A DNA stretch of 64,000 nt, taken from contig CALSCP010001670.1 of assembly GCA_943704425.1 (NCBI GenBank), positions 1 to 64,000 of the forward strand, given 5' to 3'. The position numbers and the translations under genes are program-made. The stretch is from Ministeria vibrans ATCC 50519 (Eukaryota; Protista; Filasterea). Of this stretch, positions 39,741 to 55,659 are shown in pieces. The notes beneath the pieces were generated by a model that was not told the origin of the DNA, ran no database searches, and saw nothing but the letters and a program-made list of their open reading frames with translations. Every line of letters begins with the position of its first letter. Position 1 is the stretch's first letter.

Positions 39741-42368
39741 ATGACGGAAATGGAACGAAACGATCTGGACCGGAGTGACAACGAAGTGCTCGAGTCGCTC
39801 CTGCTCGACTCAGTCCCAGCATCCGTGCGCTTCCGTCTCGCCTTCTCGTCGTCTGCTCCTGCCTCAACAGGCTTTATCACGGCGCGACGACTTGACTCTC
39901 TCTCCTCCTCACATCTTCCCTCTTTGGCTGTTACTCAGGCGACTAGTGCAATTCATCACAGCACGCAACACACAACCATCAGCGCCACTCGACGATCAAA
40001 TGTGCCACTTGTGAGCTCTGCTTCCACTGGCCATATCACTCACAGCAACAACAACAACAATGTCAGTAGCAGCAGTAGGAGTAGTAATATCAATCATGAG
40101 AACACCACCGACATCCCACATCTGCGCGACCGTGCTCTCTCCATCACTTCCACCTCCTCCTCCATTACCAGTGTCGACTCAGGCGGTCTCACCACTGCCC
40201 TCAAATACGAACTCCCCGACCGCCCCTCAGACATTGGCGCAGGCGACATGCTCTTTGCGGGCGCACGTCCACGCGCCCAAACCCACCACGGGCCCTTCCC
40301 CAATCCCGTATCCGATCCTATCTTTGGCGTGGGTGTCTCTCCGATGCTGCTCAATCCCTCGCCAACCTCACAGCGCGATCATCACTCGTCACCCACTGCA
40401 CACCAACAACAGCCACATCCACCCGCATCTCCCACTCCCGTAACAGCCACCAGCACCGTCCCCACCTTTTTTGCACAGCTCTTCTCCTCGGCCATTCCTT
40501 CCGCTCTCCAACAGCACTCTTCTGCCTCATCCACCTCCACTTTTGTCGACCTCTCCGTTTCCCAACTCGTCGATCCGCCCGTCATTCTACCGGCTCCTCT
40601 TCAAGCGTTTCGCGATGAGCGCAGCCGCAAATCCAACGGAGGAGCAGACATCCCAAAGACAGTCACAGGGCAACGCGTCGAACCCTTTTCAATCAAGGTC
40701 CATTTGTATTCGGACGACAACGAACAACAAGAAGAAAAAAAAGAAGAAGAGGAGGAGCAGCAACAACACCAGTCGTCGGCCCTTGACGCCCCGGCACGCG
40801 CAGAAGAAAAACAAGGGGCAGAAGAAGAAGCTGTGCCATTGGAGTCAGATGTGGATTCAGCGACACACACGGCAGACACACTGTTGAATCACGATGTGCG
40901 CAAAAACCTTGTGCTCTACGGGTACCAGCCTGATTTTGATGGGATTCTGCACGACGATCAATCGGTGGTGTTGCTAGACTGGCTCCCTCGTAGCCCTGAT
41001 TGGACACGTGCATTTCTTGCTGACTCGCCCGCCTTTAGTGCCTGGCTGGCGGACCCAACCACGCGCGACACGACCATTGACACTACGCTTCAACGACTGT
41101 ACAACATGGCTGATCGACAGTCTATGACAGAGGCACTACCGTCGCCCAACCAAGCCGCACTCTGTCCGGGCTATGCACTCCCACAAATGATTGCGACGGC
41201 ACACCTGAAAATGGACGACACCGACGAAGCACGCCCGAGTTCGTTGCAACAGCAGAGCAACAATGCAAACGTATCGTGTCGTCGTCCCACCTCCACCTCT
41301 TCCTTTGGTGGCCATGTGAATGCGTTCCTTCCCGCCACAAACTATGACCAGGCGCTTGCCTTTCCACGCACCCACGCCAACATTGCTAGCGCCGCATCGA
41401 CACAGCAGCAACGGCACAACGTCAGTCTTGCACACATGTTCCTCACGGCACACCCGCCCATCAAGGCACCCTACTCGTACGACCGCGAGCAAGACGTGCT
41501 CAACCACAAGGCCATTCCTAAGTCGCTTCCTCCGCCCGTCCTCTCGTCGTCCTCCGCATCCGCCGCCTCCACCTCCACTCTCATGCAAGATCCTGCCTGT
41601 GAGCTCTGTGGCGCCACACGCGCTCTGCGTCGCATCAACTGTGCCTATTGTTCGCGTCTTGTCTGTGCCAGTCCTTGCGCCGAGACAGCCTCGCCCGTGC
41701 CCTGGCGGGTCGTCTGCCTGGGCTCCTTTGACGCTGTCCGTGTGTGTCGCCAGTGCTCGGATCATCTTCATGCACACTGGTCGCTACCCCTTATTGAACT
41801 GGACCGTCTCTCACAGACGGCAGAAGTGGCGTTGGGCGAGCGTGCGTTGGCCTCGCTGCGTCACCACCGCGACCAATGCATGCGCCACATTTACCTACAA
41901 CTGATTCCGTCGTGTCCGGCAGCACACCATTTGCTAGCACTTATCCCAACGCATCTGGTGCCACTATTGCTCATCCACCAGCATTCGACGGGCGCACAGT
42001 TGTCCATGGAACAGTTGTACGGACTGCAAAGCAGCGGACGTCTTGTGACCGACCTTGAGCGGGTCTCTCGCCTGCTGACATGCCACTGTGCCGTCTGTCC
42101 ACATTGCCTCTTGTCCACTCCTGAGTGTGGCGCAGGCACGGGCGTGTGTCGTGCCTCGCGTCTGCTTCTTTCTATCCACGGCGACTTGGTGCTGTGCAAG
42201 TCCTGCGCACGCTTTGTCCATGGCTTCTGCTGGAATGCTGTTGTCGACGAGTGTGTCTCGTGCGCCCGCGTTGACAGCACAGTCTCTGTCCTTGATCCCA
42301 ACTGTGCCTGTGATCCTTCCGCATCCACCGTGTCACTCTGGGACAGCGCCGCACTGGATCACTTTTGA
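39741..42368 (+). CDS. Rubicon/PLEKHM1/DEF8-like protein (C-terminal Rubicon-homology zinc domain)
   Basis: Intronless; CELC..CAYCSRLVC...VPWRVV..SFD..VC...HWSLPLIEL, HCAVCPHC, CKSCARFVHGFC...CVSCAR. Confidence 0.75.
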   Translation: MTEMERNDLDRSDNEVLESLLLDSVPASVRFRLAFSSSAPASTGFITARRLDSLSSSHLPSLAVTQATSAIHHSTQHTTISATRRSNVPLVSSASTGHITHSNNNNNVSSSSRSSNINHENTTDIPHLRDRALSITSTSSSITSVDSGGLTTALKYELPDRPSDIGAGDMLFAGARPRAQTHHGPFPNPVSDPIFGVGVSPMLLNPSPTSQRDHHSSPTAHQQQPHPPASPTPVTATSTVPTFFAQLFSSAIPSALQQHSSASSTSTFVDLSVSQLVDPPVILPAPLQAFRDERSRKSNGGADIPKTVTGQRVEPFSIKVHLYSDDNEQQEEKKEEEEEQQQHQSSALDAPARAEEKQGAEEEAVPLESDVDSATHTADTLLNHDVRKNLVLYGYQPDFDGILHDDQSVVLLDWLPRSPDWTRAFLADSPAFSAWLADPTTRDTTIDTTLQRLYNMADRQSMTEALPSPNQAALCPGYALPQMIATAHLKMDDTDEARPSSLQQQSNNANVSCRRPTSTSSFGGHVNAFLPATNYDQALAFPRTHANIASAASTQQQRHNVSLAHMFLTAHPPIKAPYSYDREQDVLNHKAIPKSLPPPVLSSSSASAASTSTLMQDPACELCGATRALRRINCAYCSRLVCASPCAETASPVPWRVVCLGSFDAVRVCRQCSDHLHAHWSLPLIELDRLSQTAEVALGERALASLRHHRDQCMRHIYLQLIPSCPAAHHLLALIPTHLVPLLLIHQHSTGAQLSMEQLYGLQSSGRLVTDLERVSRLLTCHCAVCPHCLLSTPECGAGTGVCRASRLLLSIHGDLVLCKSCARFVHGFCWNAVVDECVSCARVDSTVSVLDPNCACDPSASTVSLWDSAALDHF

Positions 42369-42469
42369 AAATAAATTGTATTGAATGTACATCTACAATC
42401 CACATCACATCTACATGACCTTCTTCTTTTTTTTGTTGTTTATTCGTGATCTACATGACCTTCTTCTGT

Positions 42470-43613
42470 TTATTCGTGTAACTGCTCGCTTTCGGGCGTC
42501 AGGACGGTCCGTGGGCGCTCTGGGTCCATGACCCACTCGACCCAAGAGCCCTCGTAGAGGAGGGGCAAGGGCCGACCGAGCATGTACGCGGCCATGATGG
42601 ACACACACGCGGTCATGCCGGAGCCGCACATTGAGACCGTTGGTCGTGTGACCTGGTTGAGGACTCGCTCGCACTCGTGAGGTGGCGCAAAGAACTCGGG
42701 GGCGTCGGGATTGCAGAAGTCGGTAAATGGGATATTAATGGCAGAGGGTACGTGACCTCGAGGGCAGTCTAGACGGTTGTTGTGAGTGAGGTTTGAGTGG
42801 GTGAATTGTGTCAATTCTTACCATCTCTTGGCTCTGGGTCGAGTGCAATGAAGCGTCTGTTGCTGCGTCCGTCGACCAATTGGAACTCGTCCGTTTCTAC
42901 AAAACATCATGTTGAATTATTGTTGTCAAACGATTGAAAGGAGATCACCAATATTTTTGAGGACTTCTTCAGTGGAAATCATTTTGGGCATGCGCAACAG
43001 AGCAGGGTCGTAGGGCACCGTCTCACAGGGCGCCGGCTCACCCGCCTCGGTAGCGCCTCCTGCTGCCTTCCAGGCACGCATCCCGCCATCAAGCAGCGTC
43101 ACTTCGGTGTGACCAAGCATGTGAAAGGTAAACCAGGTCCGGGGTGCTGCGAGGATGTCGCCTGTTTCATAGATGATCGTCTCGTCGCCTACGCACAGAG
43201 AGACGCAATATTTTCACGTTTGCAGTCGTTTTGCTTTTTTGACGGTCGCCATATCTGTACAAGCACAAGAAGGGGGAAGCATGGCATACCAGGTCGAATG
43301 CCAAACTTGCCCAGCGCCTCGGCAAACACTGTAGGAGGAGGAAAGGCGTGCGGAAGGATCGACGACGGATCGACAATCTTCATCACGTCGAAAAACCGCG
43401 CGCCTGGCAGATGCTCGGCGAGAAACTCCTTGTCGGCAAGGCGATTGGTCACGGGCAAGTGCCAGGAGGCGTCCAGGAGCTGTAAAAATGAGCAGAAGAA
43501 GAGATTTTGATCATTTTTTTCTTCTTTTCTTGTTGTCTCACATGAACTGGGCGGGTGGAGGTTGCGATCAGCTTTTGCAACGCGGCAACTGAGATAAGAG
43601 GGCCTCGAATCAT
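42470..43613 (-). CDS. MPST: 3-mercaptopyruvate/thiosulfate sulfurtransferase (tandem rhodanese)
   Basis: LLDASWHLP, EHLPGARFFD, LLDGGMRAWK, GHVPSAINIPF, MCGSGMTAC, LYEGSWVEW. Start codon approximate. Confidence 0.9.
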
Positions 43614-43994
43614 GATTGGCACTAAAGTGACAAAAAAGAAATGAGATGAGATAAGTCATAATGAGAACTCATAAGTGAACTCGTAAGCACTAAGTTGAGA
43701 CATTATAAGAAACAGTCATCGTAACACATTTTCCTCTCGATGCTCCTGTGAAGCTCCTGTAGCTTAGAAAATAATTCTGATCTTTTGCCTGTTAATAAAG
43801 ACATAAATCGTAATGGCAATTTATTGGCAACTTGACATTGGTATTTACATTAATTGGTCATTGAGTAGTGGATTACGTTATTTCAACCTGATCATTTATT
43901 CCTAATTATTTTCCTGTTCACTATTAATTTTCATTTTCTTGTTAAGGTGACTTGTTGTCGTCTTGCCTCATTACTTGCCTGGTCATACTCCATC

Positions 43995-46209
43995 ATGAGC
44001 TCTTCAAAAAGCCCTCCAAATTTTTGTACAGACTGAGAGTGGTGTTTTTTTTTCCTTCTTTTTTCATTTTCGGTCCATTTCGTTTTTCCGCGTCGCTCTC
44101 TTTCCGCTGCCGTTCCCTCGCGCCATCCTTCATACTGTGCGACTTATCCGTCTCTGTTTTCTTCTTGTTCGTCTCTCTCGCTCGCTCTCTGCAGCGTTTG
44201 ACTACGTTTCGCGCAATCCGGTCGATGACGAGCTTCTGTGCCACATTTGCCATCAGCCGCTCGTTGACCCGCGAATGCTCGCCTGCGAGCACATGTTCTG
44301 CGCCGTGTGCCTGCAAAGCGCCCTCGCCCAGAAGCTCACGTGCCCCGTCGATCGGAAGCCCGTCGTGCCGCAGGAAGACGTCAAGCCTGTGGCGAGTGCC
44401 TTCCTGAAACTACTGGGCAAGTCCAAAGTGTACTGCTCGAACAAAGCCAGCGGATGCGACTGGGTTGGGCCTCGCAGCAATCTGCTGACGGACCATTTGC
44501 CCGGCTGTGATCGGACGCCATGTGCCCATCGCGAGGCGGGGTGCAGCTGGACCGGGCGAGCACAGGCGATGGCGGCACATGTTGCGTCTGACTGTGTCGC
44601 CGCACCCGTCGCCTGTCCACACGTCCGCGACGGTTGCACAAAGAAGGTGCGACGAGACGCACTGGAGGAACACGAAGTGTCGTGTGAAGTTGGCGCGCGA
44701 GTGCACGCGGAGGCGATGGTGCGCGAAGAGGCGGAGCGAGCGGAGGCCAAGGCGGCGGCGGTACGAGAGGCGCACGAACGACGTGTCGAGGCGCGCAAGG
44801 CGCTCTGCAGCCGACTCAACCCCAAGAGTACAGAAGTGGTGACGATGAACGTTGGCGGACGTGTCTTTCAGACTTCCCTTGCGACACTGCGTGGCGAGTC
44901 AGAGTCAGTGTTGGCGCAGCTGTTTGCCTCGGGTGAGGTGGACGTGCTGGAGCGCGACGAGACAGGCCGCGTCTTCCTCGACTGCGACCCGGACGCGTTT
45001 GCGCTTGTGTTGCGGTGGTTGCGCGCAGGAGTGGTTCCGATTGTCACGAGCGAGACGACACTTGACAATGTCATGAGTCTTGCGCGTCTGCTGGACCTCG
45101 ACCGACTTGTGGTTGGCCTCGGCGGTGAGCTGAGTGATGACGAGGCGGAGGATGAAGAGGAGAAGGGTATGTCGACGGTGGTTTCTGTATCTGCATCTGC
45201 ACGCACACGTGTTACACCGATCTCAACGAATGTACCGGTGAGGGCGGTGCCGCGTGCAAAGACACAGCGCCAGCAGATGGAGTTGCTTCAGCTGATTGCT
45301 TTGTTCAAAAGTGGTCAGCAACAGGTGTCGCTGGCTGGCATGGACCTGCGTGGGTACCACTTGGCTGGCATGGACCTCTCGTGTGGCAAGAAAGGGGCGT
45401 GTCTGCGCGGTGCAGTGTTGGCGAACATGGACCTGTCGGGTGTGCAGCTCAAGGGTGCAGACTTATGCAATGTTGATCTCGGTGGTTGCACGCTGAGCGG
45501 CGCCGATTTGAGTGATGCGAACATGACTGATTCAACCCTCAATGGTGCAGACCTGACGGGTGCGAACCTCACTGGCGCGACGATTGACTGGTCGCGCATG
45601 GCCAACACACTCACTGGAGTCAATCTGTCAGGTCATGACCTCTCAGGCGTTGACTTGTCCTCGAAGGATTTGACTGGCGCGAACCTCACTGGCGCGACGA
45701 TTGACTGGTCGCGCATGGCCAACACACTCACTGGAGTCAATCTGTCAGGTCATGACCTCTCAGGCGTTGACTTGTCCTCGAAGGATTTGACTGGCGCGAA
45801 CCTCACTGGCGCGAACCTCACTGGCGCGAACCTCACTGGCGCGAACCTCACTGGCGCGACGATTGACTGGTCGCGCATGCCTAACACACTCACTGGAGTC
45901 AATCTGTCAGGTCATGACCTCTCAGGCGTTGACTTGTCCTCGAAGGATTTGACTGGCGCGAACCTCACTGGCGCGAACCTCACTGGCGCGAACCTCACTG
46001 GCGCAATTCTTACCAACGCAAATCTCACCAACGCAACTGTGACAAATGTGACACCTCCTTCGCCACTTACATGTCCATGGGGTTGTGGCCCTGCCACTGT
46101 AATTAAAATCACTGTCAAGAGTTCCTCCCGAAGTCAAAACGATCAACGCGTGAGCTACGGTTGGTTGTGGGGCACTTGTGCCTCTCACTCAAACAACACT
46201 TGTTACTAA
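43995..46209 (+). CDS. RING + TRAF-type zinc fingers + KCTD-type BTB + pentapeptide repeats
   Basis: CHICHQP..CEHMFCAVC..CPVDR; CSNKASGCDW; VVTMNVGGRVFQTSLATL...FLDCDPDAFALVLRWLR; A(D/N)Lxx repeats. Confidence 0.88.
45562..46003 (+). repeat. Coding tandem repeats: three 117-bp units plus 15-bp gcgaacctcactggc units
   Basis: ANLTGATIDWSRM(A/P)NTLTGVNLSGHDLSGVDLSSKDLTG x3, near-identical at DNA level, with interspersed ANLTG copies. Confidence 0.9.
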
Positions 46210-46497
46210 TGCACACATCTTCTGAATATACAAATCACACTCAGTGTCTCGTCTGTAGTTTTTTTTCTTTTCTCTTTTTTTTTTCTTTTCTCTTTTTTTT
46301 TCTTCTTTTTTTTCTCTCTCGCTCTTTTCTTCTTTTGTGTGTCCTGTTTCACACACACACACACATTTTTTTGTTATATATTCAACTGATTCAGAATTCA
46401 GCCATTCTTGGGCTGTTTGTGCAATGACCGTTGTCACTTTTCGTTTGTGATAGATAATATGAATTTGAAATGTCTATTAGTTTCCTTCACTCTCATC

Positions 46498-49009
46498 TTA
46501 CGCGGAAATACCCGCAAAACCCAAAAGAAGGCTCAACGTGTCTGACGAGAGAACGCGGCGCGAAAGAGGCGGGACATAGTCAATAGCAATGACGATAAAG
46601 CGGGCCAGGGGGGTGGTGAAGTAAGTGGCAAGCCAGGAGTCGAGGGGAAGCTGGAAGATGAGGTGGGAGATAAGCAGGGCGATGACGTCCTCCTCGTCGA
46701 CGGGGACACCCGACTTGCGCGACTCCTCCAGCAGTGCATCGAGCGCCGCGGTGTACTTCTCAAGTGGAAGCAAATCACGATCAGTCAGTGTACGCACAAT
46801 GGCGTTCATGGGAAGAAGCTTGCCAATGAAGGCGGGGAGACCACTCTCAAGGATTTCCAGGCGCGCCATGTCGCGGTTGTCCTGCCACAAAGGCGCAAAG
46901 ATGCTGCGGCACAAATTTTCACCCACAGCACAAACAGCAATGGATGAGACCAGTGTGTCATCCACCATGAAACGTCCTAAAAAGCAGAAGAGGAGATGAG
47001 GAAGAGAGTGGGAGAGATCGAGAAAGAGAGTTAGAGAAAGAACAACCATCTACTGAAATTTTTCCACACCTGCTTTGGAAACAACGGGAGAAAAGCGACC
47101 GGTCTGGATGGATCGTTCAAGAGACAAAATCTCGTGGAGCACAAGATCAGACGCGTACGTGGCGTTGACAGAGTCGATGGCAACGCGATCGCCGAGCTGG
47201 AGACGATCGGCAAAGGTGAAGCAGCCAGCGAGGGTGGGGTGGGGCATGGGCTTAAGGCGGGCGTCGCGCTGGTCAACGGGACGGCAGGTGGACGACGCAG
47301 GGTTGGCAGGAACAACGTAAAGAAGATGGTCGGGGGCAATGGAGAGCGACGACGTGTGCGTGCGGATTGTGATGTATTCGCTCTGCTTCGCGTGGTCCTG
47401 GTGGATGAAGGCGCGCACTTCACACGAGCCCATGCGCTGAGTGTCCTCCTCGATGCAGCGAATGCGCTGTCCAATACGCAGGTGGTCTATTGTGATTGTT
47501 ACACCACTATCCAGCATCACAGAGGCAGATGCAGGGAAGCACTCAATATTGCTAAACTCAAAAAGGTGCGCTGCAAAAAATGGAATACGTCGTAATAAAA
47601 ATAATTATATAATGCCACAGACGGGTTTTTGTTCGTACGACAACCGGGAATTTGGACAGTGTTGGCGCTATTCTGACAGCGTGTGGTCGGGAAAAAGCGT
47701 CTAAAACACAATGTAGTCATGAGTACCAATGCCAATATAATTTCTGCTCCATTACGTATCCCCCGAGCACACAGGAATTTCAAACAGTGCCGACTTCAAG
47801 ACTGCTTTCTTCGTTGCAATATCCGTCGCAGTGAGAGTGTATGGCTCTGACACGAGAGTGCTGTGATTTCCTGTGTCGCATCCGGCGAATGTGACACCGC
47901 TCAAGGAAGACAAATCGGCAATGGTTGCGACGGTGTCTGTTGTCGAAGCACACTTGAGAGTGTCACCCGCGCTGAGGCCACTGTCCGGTAGCTCCACAGT
48001 CCACTCGCCGTAGTCAACCTGGGTGGTATCCGTCGGAGAATCGTCAACTATGAGGAATTCGGCGGTGTTGTGCTGATTGCTTGTGGAGGACCGCTGTTTG
48101 ATGACAGTGCAAGTGCCGCCTGTGTCAAGAGTGACTTCGTCTCCAGAGGCAATCACCTCGCCACCGCCCAAGTAGTAGCAGCCGCAGTGTGCGGATGCTT
48201 CCATGCGAAAGTCGTGGTCATCGAAGAACACCACGCCCACAGACGAGAGGGACACCTCATCTGAGCATAACATAAAATACCAATCATAGTAAATTAGTAA
48301 TATTAGGAGAGGGTGAAGAAGAGCCCACTATTAATTTCAATTTATTATCCAAACGAAACGTCCACAGCACAATTAGCTCAGAAATAATAAGATGAGAAAA
48401 TTGTTGTAACTGAAATGTTTGCGCAAAAGACGAACGCGGAAGAAACCCGAAAACGATTAGGCAGAGCTCAGTCAGCTCAGTCAGCTCAAACGTCAGTCGT
48501 CACAAACCCACCAAAACAGAGTGAAAAACCGTAAATGCAGAAAATAAATTTAGAAAGCAGATATAAGAAATCATTTTTTGGGATTGGACGTGCAATGCCA
48601 TGAGGAAGAGTTAACGGCATTTGACGCAATAGAGAGGTGCATGTGTGCAATTTATATCTATGAGGGCGCCAGCGTGGCTCGTACCTGGAGCCGCTTGGGC
48701 GTACGCCTGGAGAGAGATTACAAAAATGTCACTTGCAACTTCTGTCGATGTCGCGAGACCAAAGGCATCATCCGCACTGCTCAGCGGCTGAATAGAGTCT
48801 CCAGCCGACGAGAACTGGGGAGTCAACGAGCCAGAGCAAAAGAGGGTCATTTCGCTGTATTTTCAACGGGTGTGAGAATAAGCCATAATTATATAAGGGA
48901 GATCGCGTGTCTCAACGAACCATCGAGAAAAGCTCTTCCCCCAAGCTCCCTGCACCGTGATAAGAGCAATAAGAATAGGCGCAATAGAGAGAGTAGTGTG
49001 CGTCATCAT
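46498..49009 (-). CDS. Secreted Hedgehog-type Hint (Hog) domain precursor with an unrecognised N-terminal domain
   Basis: Phase-consistent GT-AG exons 49009-48921, 48854-48685, 48260-47756, 47700-47639, 47570-47070, 46976-46498. Signal peptide; CFPASASVMLDSG..I..LRIGQRI, LSIAPDHLLYV, FADRLQLGDRV, GRFSPV..GRFMVDDTLVSS, SRR-like ENLCRSIFAPL. Confidence 0.82.
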
Positions 49010-49103
49010 GCCAGATTGAATGAAGCGAACACAAACGAAAAANNNNNNNNTATTATTTTTAATTTATTATTTGGTCACTCATTTTTTTTTCTATTCAACG
49101 ACT

Positions 49104-51463
<2,360 letters not shown>

Positions 51464-51756
51464 CTTGAAAATTACACATACATATATACACGTACACACG
51501 CTCTCTAAACTATCGCTCGATGTTTTCATCTTGTGCGGGGCTCGCAATCACAATGACATTTTAGTATACTCTCATTTTTTTCTTTCTTTCGCGCGCGCGC
51601 GTGTGTGTGTATGTATGTGTGTGTGTGTGTTACTAGCTCTCTACTTTGGATCACATCCAATTATTAAAGCGAAAAACTCACACTATTTACTTGAAAATTG
51701 AAGTAGCGTGATACAAGATAAATATTAATAAAGAATCGAGAAAGCTGTTGATTTTA

Positions 51757-53546
51757 CTATACTTTCTTCAAGTGTGATCGATCGACGGGAGTCATAAAGA
51801 GATTGTCCGGGCCAATCGCAACAATCGCGCGCGGATTGATAAACGTATGGCATTCATAGTAATGCTATGAGGAAAGAAATGTAGTTTAGGAGAGCGCAGG
51901 CAAGAAAGATACAAAGTGATAGAAGAGAAAAAACAAAGTGATATAGAGAAAATAAGTGATAGAGAGAAACAAGAGATAGAGAGAGGGAAAACTAAGTGCG
52001 AGAAAGTAAAAGCCGCACCTTTTTGATCATTTCCATATCCTAAACAAACAGAAAAAGAGTGAGTGTGTGGGAGAGAAAAAAAACAAAAGTGAAAAACGTA
52101 CAATTATGGTTTTGACGTTGCCCATCTGATAGATATCACACGTGTACGCAAAAAGATTAGGGTACTCTGTGAGCTTCTTTTTGTTGCATTTGAAGTGCGT
52201 GTGGTACACTGCGTCAAAACGAACCTAAAAAGAAAAATGTGTGTTATAGTGAAGTAACGGTGACAAGCACATCAATAGTGTGATAAATTAGTCCATAAAT
52301 AAGGCAGTGCCAGTGCATCGCATGACGCTTTTTTCTTTTTCGTACAAGGGTCACCCACAGTCGCACATCGGCCATTGTAAGATCAGTGTCCGAGACGAGA
52401 AAGCGCTGTGTGGCCAGACGAGTCTCAAGCTGGTCCATTGCGTTGAACAGCGCATGAAACGCAGTCTCATACGCAACCTGTTCGCGCGCAAACCCACAGC
52501 TACAAAATATCAAAGGACATTTTTTAGAGAGATGGAGTGAGAAATGAGAAACTCGCACAAGAGAGATCTTTTAAGAGAGTTACAGTGAAAAATGAGAACC
52601 TCTCACACAAGTTTTTCTTCATTGGGGATTATTATCTCTTACCGGTAAACACCGTCGTTGATTGCGGGATAAATCAAATCGTTCATCTACACACCCAATA
52701 GTATACTGTTAGCGCACACGAAAACATATCATTGCATCTTGTACGTCCTCCGCTTCGGCGTGCTTTTCGAGGTCCAGCGACGGATTTTTGGCCCATTCGT
52801 TGAAGGCACTGTTGAGCATTCGAATGATTTCGGCGCTCTCATTGCTCACAATGGTGTCCTTCTTTTTGTCGAAGAGAATCGGCACACTGACACTCTAACA
52901 AATGACATAATGCATCAGTGTTGTAGTGTTGTCCCAGTTGTGACTTTCTCCCCCTCTCTCTCTCTCACACACACGCTCTCTTATCTACCTTGTTGGGGTA
53001 GTCAGGATCGGCAAGACGGTAGACGTCGTGCAGACGCGTGTGCGACGGATGCAGGTGATCGGGATATTCCTCGGAGAAGTGCCATCCTTTGTAGTCGGTC
53101 GAGTTCACTGCGTACAGAGACACAAAATCTGTTGCGATAATGGTAATAATTGTGTCTTATGCGGCGCTCTCGCAAATCGCACAACTTACAGTCGTCCATC
53201 TTGTACGATGTGAAAGACACGGAGATGACATCTTCAAGGCCCTTCAGAGTGCGCACCAAGAGCGTGCGGCTGGCCCAGGGGCTGAGCGAGAAGGGAGAAC
53301 CGCAGAGTTGGCACAACGCAGAGAGAATAAAAAGAATCAAACCGCTTGTGTGGATCCACACAGAGCCGCAATCCCCAACTCCGACACCCCAATGCATTGC
53401 ACGTACCATGCGTGTGACACGTAGAGATGGTAGCGGCCATTCTCCGCTGGGAACTCCTCAGAGGGAATCTGCGCGTGAAACTTGGTCGGCGGTCGAACGT
53501 ACGCTCCCTCGTCCTTCACTTTGTGTTTCTCTTGGTCAGTTAGCAT
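51757..53546 (-). CDS. Glutathionyl-hydroquinone reductase (Xi-class GST, Ecm4/YqjG-like)
   Basis: FPAENGRYHLYVSHA-CPWASRTL, TIVSNESAEIIRML, INDGV, LTMADVRLWVTLVRFDAVYHTHFKCN, HYY..H..INP. Confidence 0.92.
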
Positions 53547-53718
53547 GTCGAACAAGAAGGTGCCAAAAACGTAAAGAAAGAGTGAATTTTTTTTAAAATT
53601 TAAAAATTAATTATCTATTGAAAAAGACATAAAAGTAATGAAGAATGAATTATTATGAATATTAATTATTACTTTTTTTTGGCTTCTCTTAATCGTTTTT
53701 CTGTCATAAAAAGTCATC

Positions 53719-55260
<1,542 letters not shown>

Positions 55261-55310
55261 GGAAATGAACTAGGCGATTTTGCAACAAATCTTACTCGCC
55301 TCTCCTGTCT

Positions 55311-55470
55311 CTCTCTATCACTTTGTTTCTCTCTCTCTCTATCGCTTTGTTTCTCTCTCGATCACTTTGTTTCTCTCTCTATCACTTTGTTTCTCTCTCT
55401 ATCACTTTGTTTCTCTCTCTATCACTTTGTTTCTCTCTCTATCACTTTGTTTCTCTCTCTATCACTTTGT
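55311..55470 (+). repeat. 20-bp minisatellite (atcactttgtttctctctct)n
   Basis: About 7 tandem copies up to an N gap; the same unit recurs at 63236-63345 and in other introns. Confidence 0.85.
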
Positions 55471-55659
55471 NNNNNNNNNTCATTGCCCCCCCCCCCCTCT
55501 CACTCACCATCGCTTCTCTTTACAGTCCTTTTTTCTTTTTTTTTATTAACCATATTAATTTATGATTTTCATCAAACAAAGCATGAATAGGTATACACAT
55601 TGTTAGGGCGAACTTCATTTTTTCCCCTCTATACTACTTTAACATTAGTGGAATTCTGT

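Noticed and set aside
47070-47541. Hint domain as a self-splicing intein or mobile element
   Set aside because: No terminal His-Asn plus nucleophile and no endonuclease; it is followed by an SRR-like segment, as in Hog domains.
55311-55470. Regular 20-bp repeats as a possible CRISPR array
   Set aside because: No unique spacers, eukaryotic context and no cas genes.
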